A stretch of 52,076 bases of DNA from Leptolyngbyaceae cyanobacterium. Its GTDB lineage: Bacteria > Cyanobacteriota > Cyanobacteriia > Phormidesmidales > Phormidesmidaceae. The notes below the pieces were generated by a model, which did not search any database, was not told the DNA's origin, and worked only from the letters and a program-made list of their open reading frames with translations. The translations under genes and the position numbers were made by a program. Positions 27,471-37,026 of this stretch are shown one piece after another; the first letter of the stretch is position 1; every line of letters begins with the position of its first letter. Location: positions 1 through 52,076 of the forward strand of contig CBDHHL010000053.1 in NCBI GenBank assembly GCA_965263355.1, read 5' to 3'.

Positions 27471-28763
27471 TCAGGCTGCCAGAGCCAATTGCAATTCAGG
27501 TTGCTGCGTAGGCATTTCGATTGTAAGAGGTTGTTGTACTAGCTCTTGTTTCAGCTGTTGTTCTGATTGTTGAGCTAAGTATTCGTCAAAGAAGTGTAAT
27601 AATGTTTCCGCTTGTTGTGTGTGAATATTGACAGTGCCGATTAACAAAATTGGCTGATCAGTCATACCTGCCGTAATCTTGTTAAGTAACTCTGGGGCAC
27701 TTGCCTGTTTATAGGCCGTAGAATTACCTAAGTTAACAATGAGATCGCACCGTTCTTCATCCGAAAAAACAGCATTGACTCCGTTCTCATAGTCGCCAAA
27801 GGTGACAATCCGATCAAATTTCAGTTCTTTGGCAATGGTTGCAAATAGTTCCACCCGCGTTGGTCGATCTAAGCGATTATTCAAAATCACCACTTTACGA
27901 TGGTGAGGATACTGTTCAAACAGCCGTTGACAGATAAAAATAAAGCTTTCGCGATCATTCACTGCAAACAGATTGGCCCAGGCTACCTGCGCATTGGTCA
28001 CCTGCATCTGCTGCATTGAAAAGGCTCCTGGATCGGGCAATGCTGTTTGGATGGCCCTGAGGGCCGTGGAACGTGGCACCTTGAGACAGGTGGCTACCTG
28101 CAGGGCAATGGCGATGTTTTCTGCGATCGCAAAATGGTCAAACCCCTGCATCTCCTCCGGCTGCACAAGATTTGCGTGGGCTGTTAACAGTTTGGAACCT
28201 TTCTCTGCGGCCCGTTTCTCCAAAATACTCAATAACTCTGGGTTTGTTTCCGATGTGATCAATATGCCGTTGGTCGGAATTGTTACCGCTAACGATTCCG
28301 CAATTTCCGGTAACGTTTCCCCCATATAATCCGTATGATCCAGACGAACATTGGTAATAATACCAATATGGGCCTGCATTACTTTTTGTTCTAGCCATTC
28401 GGCATAGACCGGATTGACGGCCATACACTCCATCACCACTGCATCTGCCCTCTGATGCATAAACTGTTTCAAAACAGAGACCTGTTCATTAACGTTGGCA
28501 GCCCCCTTACGCTCAATCGCTTGATCCATCCCATTGGGCAACAACACTCGGGCGGCTGTTCCAGTCGTTTTCCCATAGGTGTGGTAACCCGCTGCCCTAA
28601 AAACAGCACTTACATAGCGGGTAACCGTAGATTTTCCCCGAATTCCATTCACATGAACTCGCCATTGAATATGTTGACGTTGTCGAGTAAATTGGGTAGA
28701 AAAACGGAGAGCACCCAACGCACTAACCAAAATGCCTGTGCAAGAAAACGCAAATAAAATCAT
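27471..28763 (-). CDS. pgsB: Poly-gamma-glutamate synthase catalytic subunit (Mur-ligase fold)
   Basis: VHVNGIRGKSTVTR, GKTTGTAAR, ANVNEQ, ECMAV.P, ITNVRLDH.D.MG, PDPG, N.FAVND.ES, NR.DR..R. Confidence 0.93.
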   Translation of the reverse strand: MILFAFSCTGILVSALGALRFSTQFTRQRQHIQWRVHVNGIRGKSTVTRYVSAVFRAAGYHTYGKTTGTAARVLLPNGMDQAIERKGAANVNEQVSVLKQFMHQRADAVVMECMAVNPVYAEWLEQKVMQAHIGIITNVRLDHTDYMGETLPEIAESLAVTIPTNGILITSETNPELLSILEKRAAEKGSKLLTAHANLVQPEEMQGFDHFAIAENIAIALQVATCLKVPRSTALRAIQTALPDPGAFSMQQMQVTNAQVAWANLFAVNDRESFIFICQRLFEQYPHHRKVVILNNRLDRPTRVELFATIAKELKFDRIVTFGDYENGVNAVFSDEERCDLIVNLGNSTAYKQASAPELLNKITAGMTDQPILLIGTVNIHTQQAETLLHFFDEYLAQQSEQQLKQELVQQPLTIEMPTQQPELQLALAA

Positions 28764-28810
28764 AGGTCCCTTTAATTCTTATGGGGTTCTTCATTGAAAG
28801 TTAAAGAATG

Positions 28811-28855
28811 AAATGGGAAGAAAAGGGGGTAGAGGGGGGGAGATATCGGGTAGAT
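28811..28855 (-). promoter_or_regulatory. Four TCT(A/C/T)CCC direct repeats at 10-12 bp spacing upstream of pgsB
   Basis: Minus strand reads ATCTACCCGATATCTCCCCCCCTCTACCCCCTTTTCTTCCCATTT. Confidence 0.45.
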
Positions 28856-29018
28856 AGCTAATTTTAATAGCGGTGATCTCTGTCACATAAAGTGTTGACC
28901 TTGATCCGGCTGCTTCTTTATTACCAATGTCTTGATTTCGAAGATTCTCGGTTGATACTGTTGGGGTCAATAAAGATATATAAAGGTTGTGAAAGATACT
29001 GATATGGGGTACCCCAAC

Positions 29019-29702
29019 CTACGTTGATATTTGCTTTAGGCGATACCCCACACCGTGGACAGTCTCAATTAAATCCGAGGGAGCCCCAGCCTTACGTAGC
29101 TTCTGACGTAAACTTTTGAGGTGGGATTTAACCGTTTCCTCATCGGGTAAAACATCCATATCCCAGCATTGATCGATCATCACAGCACGACTCAACACCC
29201 GTCGACCATTACGCAGAAACAGGGCCAATAAACTAAATTCCTTGGGGGTCAATCGCAGAGATTCGCCGTTATAGAAAACCTCATGGGTTGCTGGATCCAG
29301 CTGCACCCGCTCCCAGGTGAGCATGGAACTAACCTCACCTAAATTGCCGCGTCGCAACAGCGCCCGTAAACGGGCCAGCAGCTCTAACAAGTCAAAGGGT
29401 TTGACCACATAGTCATCGGCTCCAGCATCTAGGCCCGCTACTTTATCTGTATTGGTATCCCGTGCCGTTAACATCAAAATAGGCATACGTTTACCAGCCT
29501 CCCTTAATTGCTGGCAAAGATGAATACCATTAATTTTAGGCAACATCACATCGAGAATTACCAGGTTATACTCCAGGTCAGCTGCTTGGATCCAACCCAT
29601 CTCCCCATCGGTTACCCAATCGACAATATAGCCCTCATCGGTCAAGGCCTCTGTTAAACTGTCACCAAGCTGTTGATCATCTTCAACTAAAAGAATACGC
29701 AT
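29019..29702 (-). CDS. OmpR/PhoB family response regulator
   Basis: LLVEDD, ILDVMLP, GADDYVVKPF, LTPKEF, IETVHGVGYRL. Confidence 0.95.
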   Translation of the reverse strand: MRILLVEDDQQLGDSLTEALTDEGYIVDWVTDGEMGWIQAADLEYNLVILDVMLPKINGIHLCQQLREAGKRMPILMLTARDTNTDKVAGLDAGADDYVVKPFDLLELLARLRALLRRGNLGEVSSMLTWERVQLDPATHEVFYNGESLRLTPKEFSLLALFLRNGRRVLSRAVMIDQCWDMDVLPDEETVKSHLKSLRQKLRKAGAPSDLIETVHGVGYRLKQIST

Positions 29703-29849
29703 AGCACTAAACCATTAGAAAACAGAGGGTGAGAGCCCAGAAATGGGAAAAATACAGACACTACAATGGTTCTAGTATATCCAAGTCACACCCCTGAATA
29801 TCCTTTATTAAACGCCACGGTTATTTAATGTACTCCCAGTCTCACTCTG

Positions 29850-31481
29850 ATGAAGATTCCCCCCATGCAAAAGTGGCTTACCCTTGGTTTTGGGATTGCC
29901 CTAATCATGCTGCTAATGAATGCAATTCTATTGCGTCAAAGCGTTATAGAACGAGAGCAACCCCTGGATTTTTATGAAGAAACATTGGACAATCACGACT
30001 ATTTTAACGACTTGGTGACTGTGATAGCTTTAGCAGAAGTCAGTCAGCAAACTTACCTGGAAACGGGCCAACAAGATGCCTTAAATACACTATATGAGCA
30101 AATAAATATTCTTGAAGAAAACCGTACAGACCTGTTGGCCGACGAGGAGCTACGCGATAGGCTCGCCTTGGAACCATCGTCCAATAGTGAAAACATTGAG
30201 GATGGAGACTTTGAAAGTCTAGACGAGTTTGACGATGAACCTCCTGAAGAGTTCGAAGAGGCGGAGCCGGAGGACATGGATTATCTTGAATCTTTAGTAG
30301 CATTGGATAGTGCCTTAGAAACCTATATCCAGCTTTTGTATAAAGGCATTGAACAATACGATACTGATAGCCTGGATGACACAATTCGCCTGCAGCTTGC
30401 TCAGCAAGTGAACGAGGCTCAATTGGGGATTCAACAGTCTGTAATTGAGCTGATGGATATTGAACTAGGAGACCCTCAAGAGATTGAATCCGACATCCGT
30501 ATCCAGATCAACAATGCTCTCTGGATCGGATGGCTAATGTTGGGTATCAGTGGTGGGATATTAAGTATTTTATATGGATGGCTCATACACACTTTAACTA
30601 AACGCGATCATAGAGAGCACAGTCTACGTAGCACCAATCACACCCTTGCTCAAAAGTTAAAAATAGCAACCAGTCAGCTCCAGACAACACAAACATCATT
30701 AAAAACAGAATTGAATCTGCGCCAAACATTGGAAGCAACCTGTCAGGAAATTGAACAGGCAAAAGAGCTAACCGATCTAAAACTAAATTTCTTTTCCTTG
30801 GCTTCCCATGAACTGCGTACACCTCTCAGCGCTATTTTAGTGTCAGCCCAACTCCTGGATAATCCCAATGCACCCTGGACTGAGGAAAAACGGTCTCGGA
30901 ACCTGCGTCGGATTCAGTCTTCTGCTAAAACAATGACCCAACTTTTGGCTGATATTTTGTTATTAACGCGTGCGGAAGCTGGCAAATTAGAGTTTAATCC
31001 CCAAATGATTGAGCTGCAACAATTTTGTCAACAATTGGTGGAAGAGGTGACGTTTAACACCCAGGCTCAGCACCATATTACAGTTGTACAACATGGACAA
31101 TGTGAGCATGCCTATTTAGATGAGATTTTGCTACGGGCTATGTTAATGAGCCTGTTAACCAATGCGATTAAATATTCTCCGCCAGAAAGTGAGATTCAAT
31201 TTACGATCCGGGGTGAGATAGACCATACAGCTTTTCAAATTCAAGATCAGGGCATTGGGATTCCGCCTGCAGACCAAAAACATTTGTTTGAAACATTTCG
31301 TCGAGGTGCAAATGTGAAGGGGATAACGGGGACTGGTCTAGGGTTGGCCGTTGTCAAAAAATGTCTTGATATCCATGGTGGGTCTATTGATGTGAAGAGC
31401 CAAGTTGGTATAGGCACGAGTTTTACCATAGATATCCCTTGGAGCACTTGGGAGGTCAATCAACTTCAACCAGAAATATAG
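29850..31481 (+). CDS. Sensor histidine kinase (HisKA/HATPase) with a very acidic periplasmic domain
   Basis: 2 TMs; SHELRTPL, NAIKYS, DQGIGI, GTGLGL; divergent from the OmpR regulator. Confidence 0.93.
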   Translation: MKIPPMQKWLTLGFGIALIMLLMNAILLRQSVIEREQPLDFYEETLDNHDYFNDLVTVIALAEVSQQTYLETGQQDALNTLYEQINILEENRTDLLADEELRDRLALEPSSNSENIEDGDFESLDEFDDEPPEEFEEAEPEDMDYLESLVALDSALETYIQLLYKGIEQYDTDSLDDTIRLQLAQQVNEAQLGIQQSVIELMDIELGDPQEIESDIRIQINNALWIGWLMLGISGGILSILYGWLIHTLTKRDHREHSLRSTNHTLAQKLKIATSQLQTTQTSLKTELNLRQTLEATCQEIEQAKELTDLKLNFFSLASHELRTPLSAILVSAQLLDNPNAPWTEEKRSRNLRRIQSSAKTMTQLLADILLLTRAEAGKLEFNPQMIELQQFCQQLVEEVTFNTQAQHHITVVQHGQCEHAYLDEILLRAMLMSLLTNAIKYSPPESEIQFTIRGEIDHTAFQIQDQGIGIPPADQKHLFETFRRGANVKGITGTGLGLAVVKKCLDIHGGSIDVKSQVGIGTSFTIDIPWSTWEVNQLQPEI

Positions 31482-31533
31482 CAATTCCCGGTTGAGATGC
31501 ATACACTCTAGTGGCATCATTGAGAGTCAGTCG

Positions 31534-32214
31534 TTAGCGAATAGTCTGGGGCCAAAATTGACTGGCATACAAAGCTGCTTGGGTCCGATCGCGCAGTTGG
31601 AGCTGGCTTAAAATACTGGTGACATGGTTCCGCACAGTGCGCTCAGAGATAAAGAGAGTTTCGCCAATTTCGCGGTTATTGAGTCCTGCCACAATCAGTT
31701 GAAGTACTTCTTGTTCTCGTGGGGAGAGCGATCTCAACTTCGCAGGCAGCGCAATTTCCGCAGCAACAGGCGATACTCCTGATAGTTGAGATGAGCCTAA
31801 GGTTTTTTCAAAGAGACCAGGCCCCATGTGGGTATAACCTTGCTCAACGGCTCGAATAGCCATCACTAAGTCGTGAATCGGTGTTTGTTTGAGCAGATAG
31901 CCTTTTGCCCCCCAACGCATTGCTTGCTGCACATATTCGGTATCGTCAAATGTAGTGAGCACCAGAATTTTTACCTCTGGAAAGTCAGCACAGATTTGTT
32001 TTGTTGCTGCCACACCATCCACAACGGGCATCCGTACATCCATCAAAATCACATCGGGCTGCTTTGGGGTGCCATAGACTGTCGAAACTTGGTCAATGGC
32101 CTGCTGACCATTGGCGGCATCACCCACCACCTGCAGATCAGGTTGATTTTCTAGCAGATTGGCCAGACCCTGCCGAATAATGGGTTGGTCATCCACCAGT
32201 AAGACACGAATCAT
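31534..32214 (-). CDS. NarL/LuxR family response regulator
   Basis: LLVDDQ, LMDVRMP, LTTFDD, LSPREQEVL..GLNNREI...ISERTVRNH. Confidence 0.95.
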   Translation of the reverse strand: MIRVLLVDDQPIIRQGLANLLENQPDLQVVGDAANGQQAIDQVSTVYGTPKQPDVILMDVRMPVVDGVAATKQICADFPEVKILVLTTFDDTEYVQQAMRWGAKGYLLKQTPIHDLVMAIRAVEQGYTHMGPGLFEKTLGSSQLSGVSPVAAEIALPAKLRSLSPREQEVLQLIVAGLNNREIGETLFISERTVRNHVTSILSQLQLRDRTQAALYASQFWPQTIR

Positions 32215-32226
32215 CGGTTTGTTTCC

Positions 32227-33543
32227 TCAGATTTTCCCATCAGCCCGTAGGGGCATCGCATGCAATGCCCCTACGGGATTGTCCCCTACAGGAGTTGGGA
32301 AGGGCAAAATCACACGAATGCGACAGCCAGCACCCGGTGAACTCTTGATTTGACAGATTCCCCCTAATGCGATCGCACGTTCTTTCATTCCCCGTAAACC
32401 AAACCCTGTCGTGTTTTTGCCGGGTTCAAACCCGATACCATTATCCAGTACTTGCACATACAGACTCTGCGGTTTAGTGGATATCTGCACAGATAGCTGG
32501 GTGGCTTGAGCGTGTTTCACCACATTGGTGAGGGCTTCTTGCACAATCCTGTAGGCGGCCAGGCTCAGTTCATCGGACAGTGGCGCAGTGATATTAACCT
32601 CACATGTTGGCGTCATCGGTGTGGATTGACAGACCTGATGCACCAATTCAGTAATCGCAGCCTGTAGGGGTTTATCGGGTTGAGGAGAGTCACGCAGGGC
32701 CGCCACAGCCCGTGAAACCTCTTTGAGTGCCTGATACGAGGAATCTTTAGCTTGCAGGAGATAAGATTTTGCCCGTTCAGTATCTTGTTCCCAAAATAAA
32801 AGCACATTTTCTAGCAGAATCGTTTGAGCCGTCAAAGCATGTCCAAGGGAGTCATGGATTTCACGGGCAATACGATTGCGTTCCTGCAATGCGGCCTGGC
32901 CTTCAACCTGAAGCGCATATTGTTGCAGCTGGGTATGGGCAATTTCCAGCTGCTGTTGATTCCTATGAACGCTGAGTAAGGCATCCACCAGTAAGAAAAC
33001 AAACAGCAATGCCAGGGTAAAGAGAATAATCACATTGGTCTGGAACACGCTCACTTGCCAGGACTCAGGGGTCGATATGAGTCGGGACAAATTTTTACTA
33101 ATGGCCGTTTGGCCCAATGTCAGTGAGGCAAATAAATGCAGGCCAAACGTAACAACTGCTACCACGAGTCGCCCTTGGGTCTGAAAGATTTGGCAGCTGC
33201 GGATCACGATGACTAGTCCCAGGAGCGGGATCATCCGCATCATCAGGGGATTATCGAGGCAACGCATCACCAAAATGCCGAAGAGGCTGAGTTCGACGGC
33301 GGTGTAGAAAAGCTTAGCCCGCAGCTGAGTCAGGGGCAGATACAGCCCCATTAAACCAATCAAACCAAATAGGAGCAGTTCTAGCCAGGGCACCTGAATC
33401 GTCTGATAGAGAACCGTTGCGGTAACTCCAATCAATGCTCCCATACTGAGTAAAATCCACTCAACATACAGTAGTAGACGCAAGGGTCTGGCAGCTGCAC
33501 GATTTGGGGATAGTTGGGCGGGTGGATTGAGTAGCATTAGCAT
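32227..33543 (-). CDS. Membrane sensor histidine kinase (HisKA_3)
   Basis: ERNRIAREIHDSLGHALT, RIVQEALTNVVKHA, DNGIGF, GFGLRGM.ER. Confidence 0.93.
   Translation of the reverse strand: MLMLLNPPAQLSPNRAAARPLRLLLYVEWILLSMGALIGVTATVLYQTIQVPWLELLLFGLIGLMGLYLPLTQLRAKLFYTAVELSLFGILVMRCLDNPLMMRMIPLLGLVIVIRSCQIFQTQGRLVVAVVTFGLHLFASLTLGQTAISKNLSRLISTPESWQVSVFQTNVIILFTLALLFVFLLVDALLSVHRNQQQLEIAHTQLQQYALQVEGQAALQERNRIAREIHDSLGHALTAQTILLENVLLFWEQDTERAKSYLLQAKDSSYQALKEVSRAVAALRDSPQPDKPLQAAITELVHQVCQSTPMTPTCEVNITAPLSDELSLAAYRIVQEALTNVVKHAQATQLSVQISTKPQSLYVQVLDNGIGFEPGKNTTGFGLRGMKERAIALGGICQIKSSPGAGCRIRVILPFPTPVGDNPVGALHAMPLRADGKI
32244..32277. repeat. GTAG-type REP palindrome inside the 3' end of the kinase ORF
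   Basis: CCCGTAGGGGCATCGCATGCAATGCCCCTACGGG. Confidence 0.8.
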
Positions 33544-33644
33544 CGATTTTTAACACAAGGGTTTCCTCTGACTTTTAGGAAGATACTGCTTGTAGCAAGC
33601 TATAGTACTTACCTTATCCTTAGGGAATTGAGGCTGCCCAGTCA

Positions 33645-33689
33645 CGCAAGTCCTAATTCTATGGGACTTGCGATAGGACAATAGTCCTA
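33645..33689. promoter_or_regulatory. Inverted repeats upstream of the NarL two-component operon; candidate NarL-type operator
   Basis: TAGGAC-AATA-GTCCTA at 33674-33689 and CGCAAGTCC...GGACTTGCG at 33645-33672. Confidence 0.5.
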
Positions 33690-33756
33690 GCTAGATATGA
33701 TGAGTTCTTGCAAGAACGTATAGGTATGACACGTCTTGGCAAAGCACGATATTCTC

Positions 33757-34488
33757 TCAGTTGCGCATAACGAAGAAGGCATAGCTGTAGTAATCAGAGT
33801 ACCTGCGGAAGATTGAGACCTCGTCTCTCGCTTCTTTCAAAACAGCCTCTGCTTCTGGTATGCCACTCCACTCCACTGTTTTCTCAGCGATGCGCTTCTC
33901 CATCGGATCATAGTAATGTTCAGTCCATGCCATGGCTGGAAATATAAAATGCCCGACAGACTCGTACCCAATACGCTTAATGACTTCAAGTTTTGCAGCT
34001 ACGGTGTCAATCTCGGGATACTGTTTCCAGAATTCAACGACCTCAGACGGAGGGTTGGGCTGCAACCACACGACTTCGCTTACGGCTACGTAACCACCTG
34101 GCTTAACCAAGTTTCTGACCTTTTTTAGTCCAGCTTCGAATCCTAAGAAATAGATCGCACCCTCAGACCAAACAACATCAAAGCTTGCCTCTGGGAAAGT
34201 CATCTCCGCCATGTCCTGCTCTATCGTTTCGAGGCGATCAGAGACTCCAGCACTTTCTGCCCTCGCCCTGACCTGGGTAATCATCTCTGGCAGGAGGTCA
34301 AGGGCGACAACTGTGCCTGATGTGATACTCAAAAGCTCAACCGTCTGCATGCCAGGACCGCAACCGACATCAAGGATTTGTGGTGACTCAGGGACATTCA
34401 ACATCATTGCAAATGCTCTCCGGGTCAGCTCGTTGGAGCCGGGGCCAGCTCGCGGTAAGGTGCCATAGATCTGGAGAAAGTGGTCCAT
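33757..34488 (-). CDS. Class I SAM-dependent methyltransferase
   Basis: LPRAGPG, ILDVGCGPG, FDVVWSEGAIY, KPGG.VAVSE. Confidence 0.92.
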   Translation of the reverse strand: MDHFLQIYGTLPRAGPGSNELTRRAFAMMLNVPESPQILDVGCGPGMQTVELLSITSGTVVALDLLPEMITQVRARAESAGVSDRLETIEQDMAEMTFPEASFDVVWSEGAIYFLGFEAGLKKVRNLVKPGGYVAVSEVVWLQPNPPSEVVEFWKQYPEIDTVAAKLEVIKRIGYESVGHFIFPAMAWTEHYYDPMEKRIAEKTVEWSGIPEAEAVLKEARDEVSIFRRYSDYYSYAFFVMRN

Positions 34489-34602
34489 CAGTTCCTCGCT
34501 TAACGTCTCATGTTCAGACAGAGCAAATTATAACGTCAAGAACTCATAAGCTATGGTCACATCCTCGCATGACAATAGTGCTTCTTTCTAGAAACAATCG
34601 AA

Positions 34603-35508
34603 TCAATCCAGATGTTTCATCAGCCAAGCGAAAATCTTTGCCATATTGTCTGCGTTCTCAAATTCTTTACCGCCATGGCCAGCACCATCTAGAAGTTCAA
34701 AGACGACTTTATCGTCTCCGATGGTTGCCGAAAGTTTATCAGCAAAATTCTTTGACTGAAGATAAGGAATGTTAGTGTCAGCACTGCCATGCTGAATATA
34801 CATCGGCGGATCACTAGAATCGATGTAAGTTGCTGGGTTTGCCTCCGTGACCAGAACAGCTGCTTCGTCAGTTCCCACAGTTACGCCAAGGTACCTTGAC
34901 TCAGGAGAGCTATCCGAACTTGTTTTACCCATTTTAGGCTTTAGTCCAAGCTGTTCAAATTGCGCATCCATCGTATCGAACTCAATAGGGCCAAACCAAT
35001 TCACAGCCGCCTGAACATCCGTTCCGTCCTTAGCACTCCCTTTGGTTGCGACCATGGCAGCAAGGTTGCCGCCTGCAGAACTACCCCAAACGACAATTCT
35101 GTTGGAGTCGATATTATAGGCCTCAGCATTTGCTTTGAGGAATCGTACTGCGGCTAAGGCATCATTGACAGCAGCGGGAAACAGCGCTTCGCCCGAAAGT
35201 CTGTAGTCAATGGTCACAAACGCATAGCCCTTAAGCAGGGCAGGTTGTGCGATCGCATTAGCACCACCATATTTATTACCAGCCATAAACCCGCCTCCAT
35301 GAATATGGAAAATAATCGGATAGGGAGGGTTACCGGTTATCGGTAGAAAAATATCTAAATTTTGGGCAGGAGATTCGTTTGCATACTCAAGAGACTGCCA
35401 ATGTTTGGATACAGTCTTCTGACTGATTCCACAGCCGAACATGCCGAAAGCAAGGATGGCACCAAGTAGTACTCTAGAAAATCGAATCTGCATAATGAGT
35501 GGCTGCAT
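34603..35508 (-). CDS. Alpha/beta hydrolase (HSL-like esterase), predicted lipoprotein
   Basis: HGGGF, GSSAGG, HG.AD, AGHG; lipobox-like MFGC. Confidence 0.9.
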   Translation of the reverse strand: MQPLIMQIRFSRVLLGAILAFGMFGCGISQKTVSKHWQSLEYANESPAQNLDIFLPITGNPPYPIIFHIHGGGFMAGNKYGGANAIAQPALLKGYAFVTIDYRLSGEALFPAAVNDALAAVRFLKANAEAYNIDSNRIVVWGSSAGGNLAAMVATKGSAKDGTDVQAAVNWFGPIEFDTMDAQFEQLGLKPKMGKTSSDSSPESRYLGVTVGTDEAAVLVTEANPATYIDSSDPPMYIQHGSADTNIPYLQSKNFADKLSATIGDDKVVFELLDGAGHGGKEFENADNMAKIFAWLMKHLD

Positions 35509-35514
35509 CGTGTG

Positions 35515-35898
35515 TTAGCGACTGCTCTTATACTCTTGTAGCCATTTTACAAAAGCTTCGCGACTTGTTGCACCTGAGGTAATTGCCAAAATAACATTCT
35601 CTTGTTCATCTACAGAGACACTTATTTCCATTCCATTTAAAATAAGAAAAGTCTCCAATGCAGCATGCCCTGTACGTTTGTTTCCATCTATGAACGGATG
35701 ATTCATGATGATGGAAAATCCTAGAGCTGCTGCCTTCTCGATTAGACTTGTGTAAAGTTCTTCTCCGGAAAACGTCATTCGAGGCTGAGCAATGGCTGAT
35801 TCCAATAAACCAAGATCTCGAACGCCTAAGGCTCCACCTGATTGCTGAATAATTCTACGATGTAATTCTAATACTTCAATTAGAGTCAAGTATCGCAT
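35515..35898 (-). CDS. Doc/Fic family toxin (type II TA)
   Basis: GVRDLGLLESA..P, HPFIDGNKRTG. Confidence 0.92.
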   Translation of the reverse strand: MRYLTLIEVLELHRRIIQQSGGALGVRDLGLLESAIAQPRMTFSGEELYTSLIEKAAALGFSIIMNHPFIDGNKRTGHAALETFLILNGMEISVSVDEQENVILAITSGATSREAFVKWLQEYKSSR

Positions 35899-36095
35899 TA
35901 TGCTAGACGCCGATACAGTTCAGTATTTTTTGTCAGCACATAATCAGCTGCATCAACGAAATCAGCTTTTTGAGTACTCAGCCAATTTTCTAAGCTAGAC
36001 CGTAAAAGTACATCAAGTGGAATACTATACTGATCTGCAAGATTTTGTAATGCCTGGTAGTAACTGTCTGAAAGCTCAATCGTAATCGAAGCCAT
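35898..36095 (-). CDS. Antitoxin / small DNA-binding protein
   Basis: 65 aa; stop overlaps the toxin start; RHH-like N-terminus and KNTELYRRLA C-terminus. Confidence 0.8.
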   Translation of the reverse strand: MASITIELSDSYYQALQNLADQYSIPLDVLLRSSLENWLSTQKADFVDAADYVLTKNTELYRRLA

Positions 36096-36305
36096 CGCTA
36101 TTACCTTGGAAATAGTTTTGCAGACAGTTTATCATTTCCGTTAAACCGTTAAACGGTTAGCTCAACAGGCCGCAGACCACTGCAAATAGAGGTGCCCCAC
36201 AGTATCCACATTTTTTAATGCGACTTTACGAGACACAATGATAGTGCATCTTTTGGGAAATTAAGATGTCGAAATTTGTATAGATTATTATGAGCAGTGC
36301 CCACC

Positions 36306-36689
36306 TTACTCCTCTCGCACTAATGCCATAGAGTCAGCCAGTTTACGCTCTCGCATAAATAGAAACAACGGAAAGCCAAAGCCAAAGGAGACAAGGAACA
36401 TAGCAGCAATGTACAGACCCCACAGCTGCATTTTGAGCCGTTGTCCCTCAGTCACAATCAACAGAATGGCACAGACGGCCCCTACGGTGACATCCACCCC
36501 AATAAAGCTAGAGGCTGGATTGGCGTAGACCTGATCGATAAAGGTAGCTATATCGAAATTTAGAAAATTAGCCAGGGTCATGGCTCCTTTGGTGTCAACG
36601 ACGAACTGCACCAGATAGTAATTGGTCCAGACAAAGCCAAGGATGGTTAAGATCGCATAGATAGCCTGCCGAATACGGTTCCAGAACAT
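36306..36689 (-). CDS. DUF2834 family membrane protein
   Basis: ANPASSF..D, EGQRL.M..W, VSFGFG.PLFL.MRE. Confidence 0.8.
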   Translation of the reverse strand: MFWNRIRQAIYAILTILGFVWTNYYLVQFVVDTKGAMTLANFLNFDIATFIDQVYANPASSFIGVDVTVGAVCAILLIVTEGQRLKMQLWGLYIAAMFLVSFGFGFPLFLFMRERKLADSMALVREE

Positions 36690-37026
36690 AGGGATTGCTT
36701 TAAAGACTCAATATCTCTATTGTCATGCTTCGTGGAGAAATTGCTTAGCAATAAGCAAAATACCCAGCTACCTACGATATATAGCCCAAGCTGGAGGGCT
36801 TCTTGCCATCCCAAACGTTCATCAATAAGAGAGCATCGGCTTGTAACTCAAGTGCTAGCGCGTATTTCTTTGGAAATAACCATGTCTAGATTGAAAAATC
36901 AATTCACTGCAAATCCATCATATTGACGAATAAACGGAGAATGGTAGGCTAACACAATATCTGTTTTGGAATACCTTGTTCTGCAAGTTCGTTGGCAACA
37001 CCAACTTCAATACCATCGTCTTGAAT

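Noticed and set aside
27471..28763. pgsB as cyanophycin synthetase or a Mur ligase
   Set aside because: No ATP-grasp domain and too short for CphA; GIRGKS and ECMA motifs and the adjacent capC fit PgsB.
7011..32277. Palindromic repeats as a CRISPR array
   Set aside because: They are dispersed single copies without regular spacers, and no cas genes are present.
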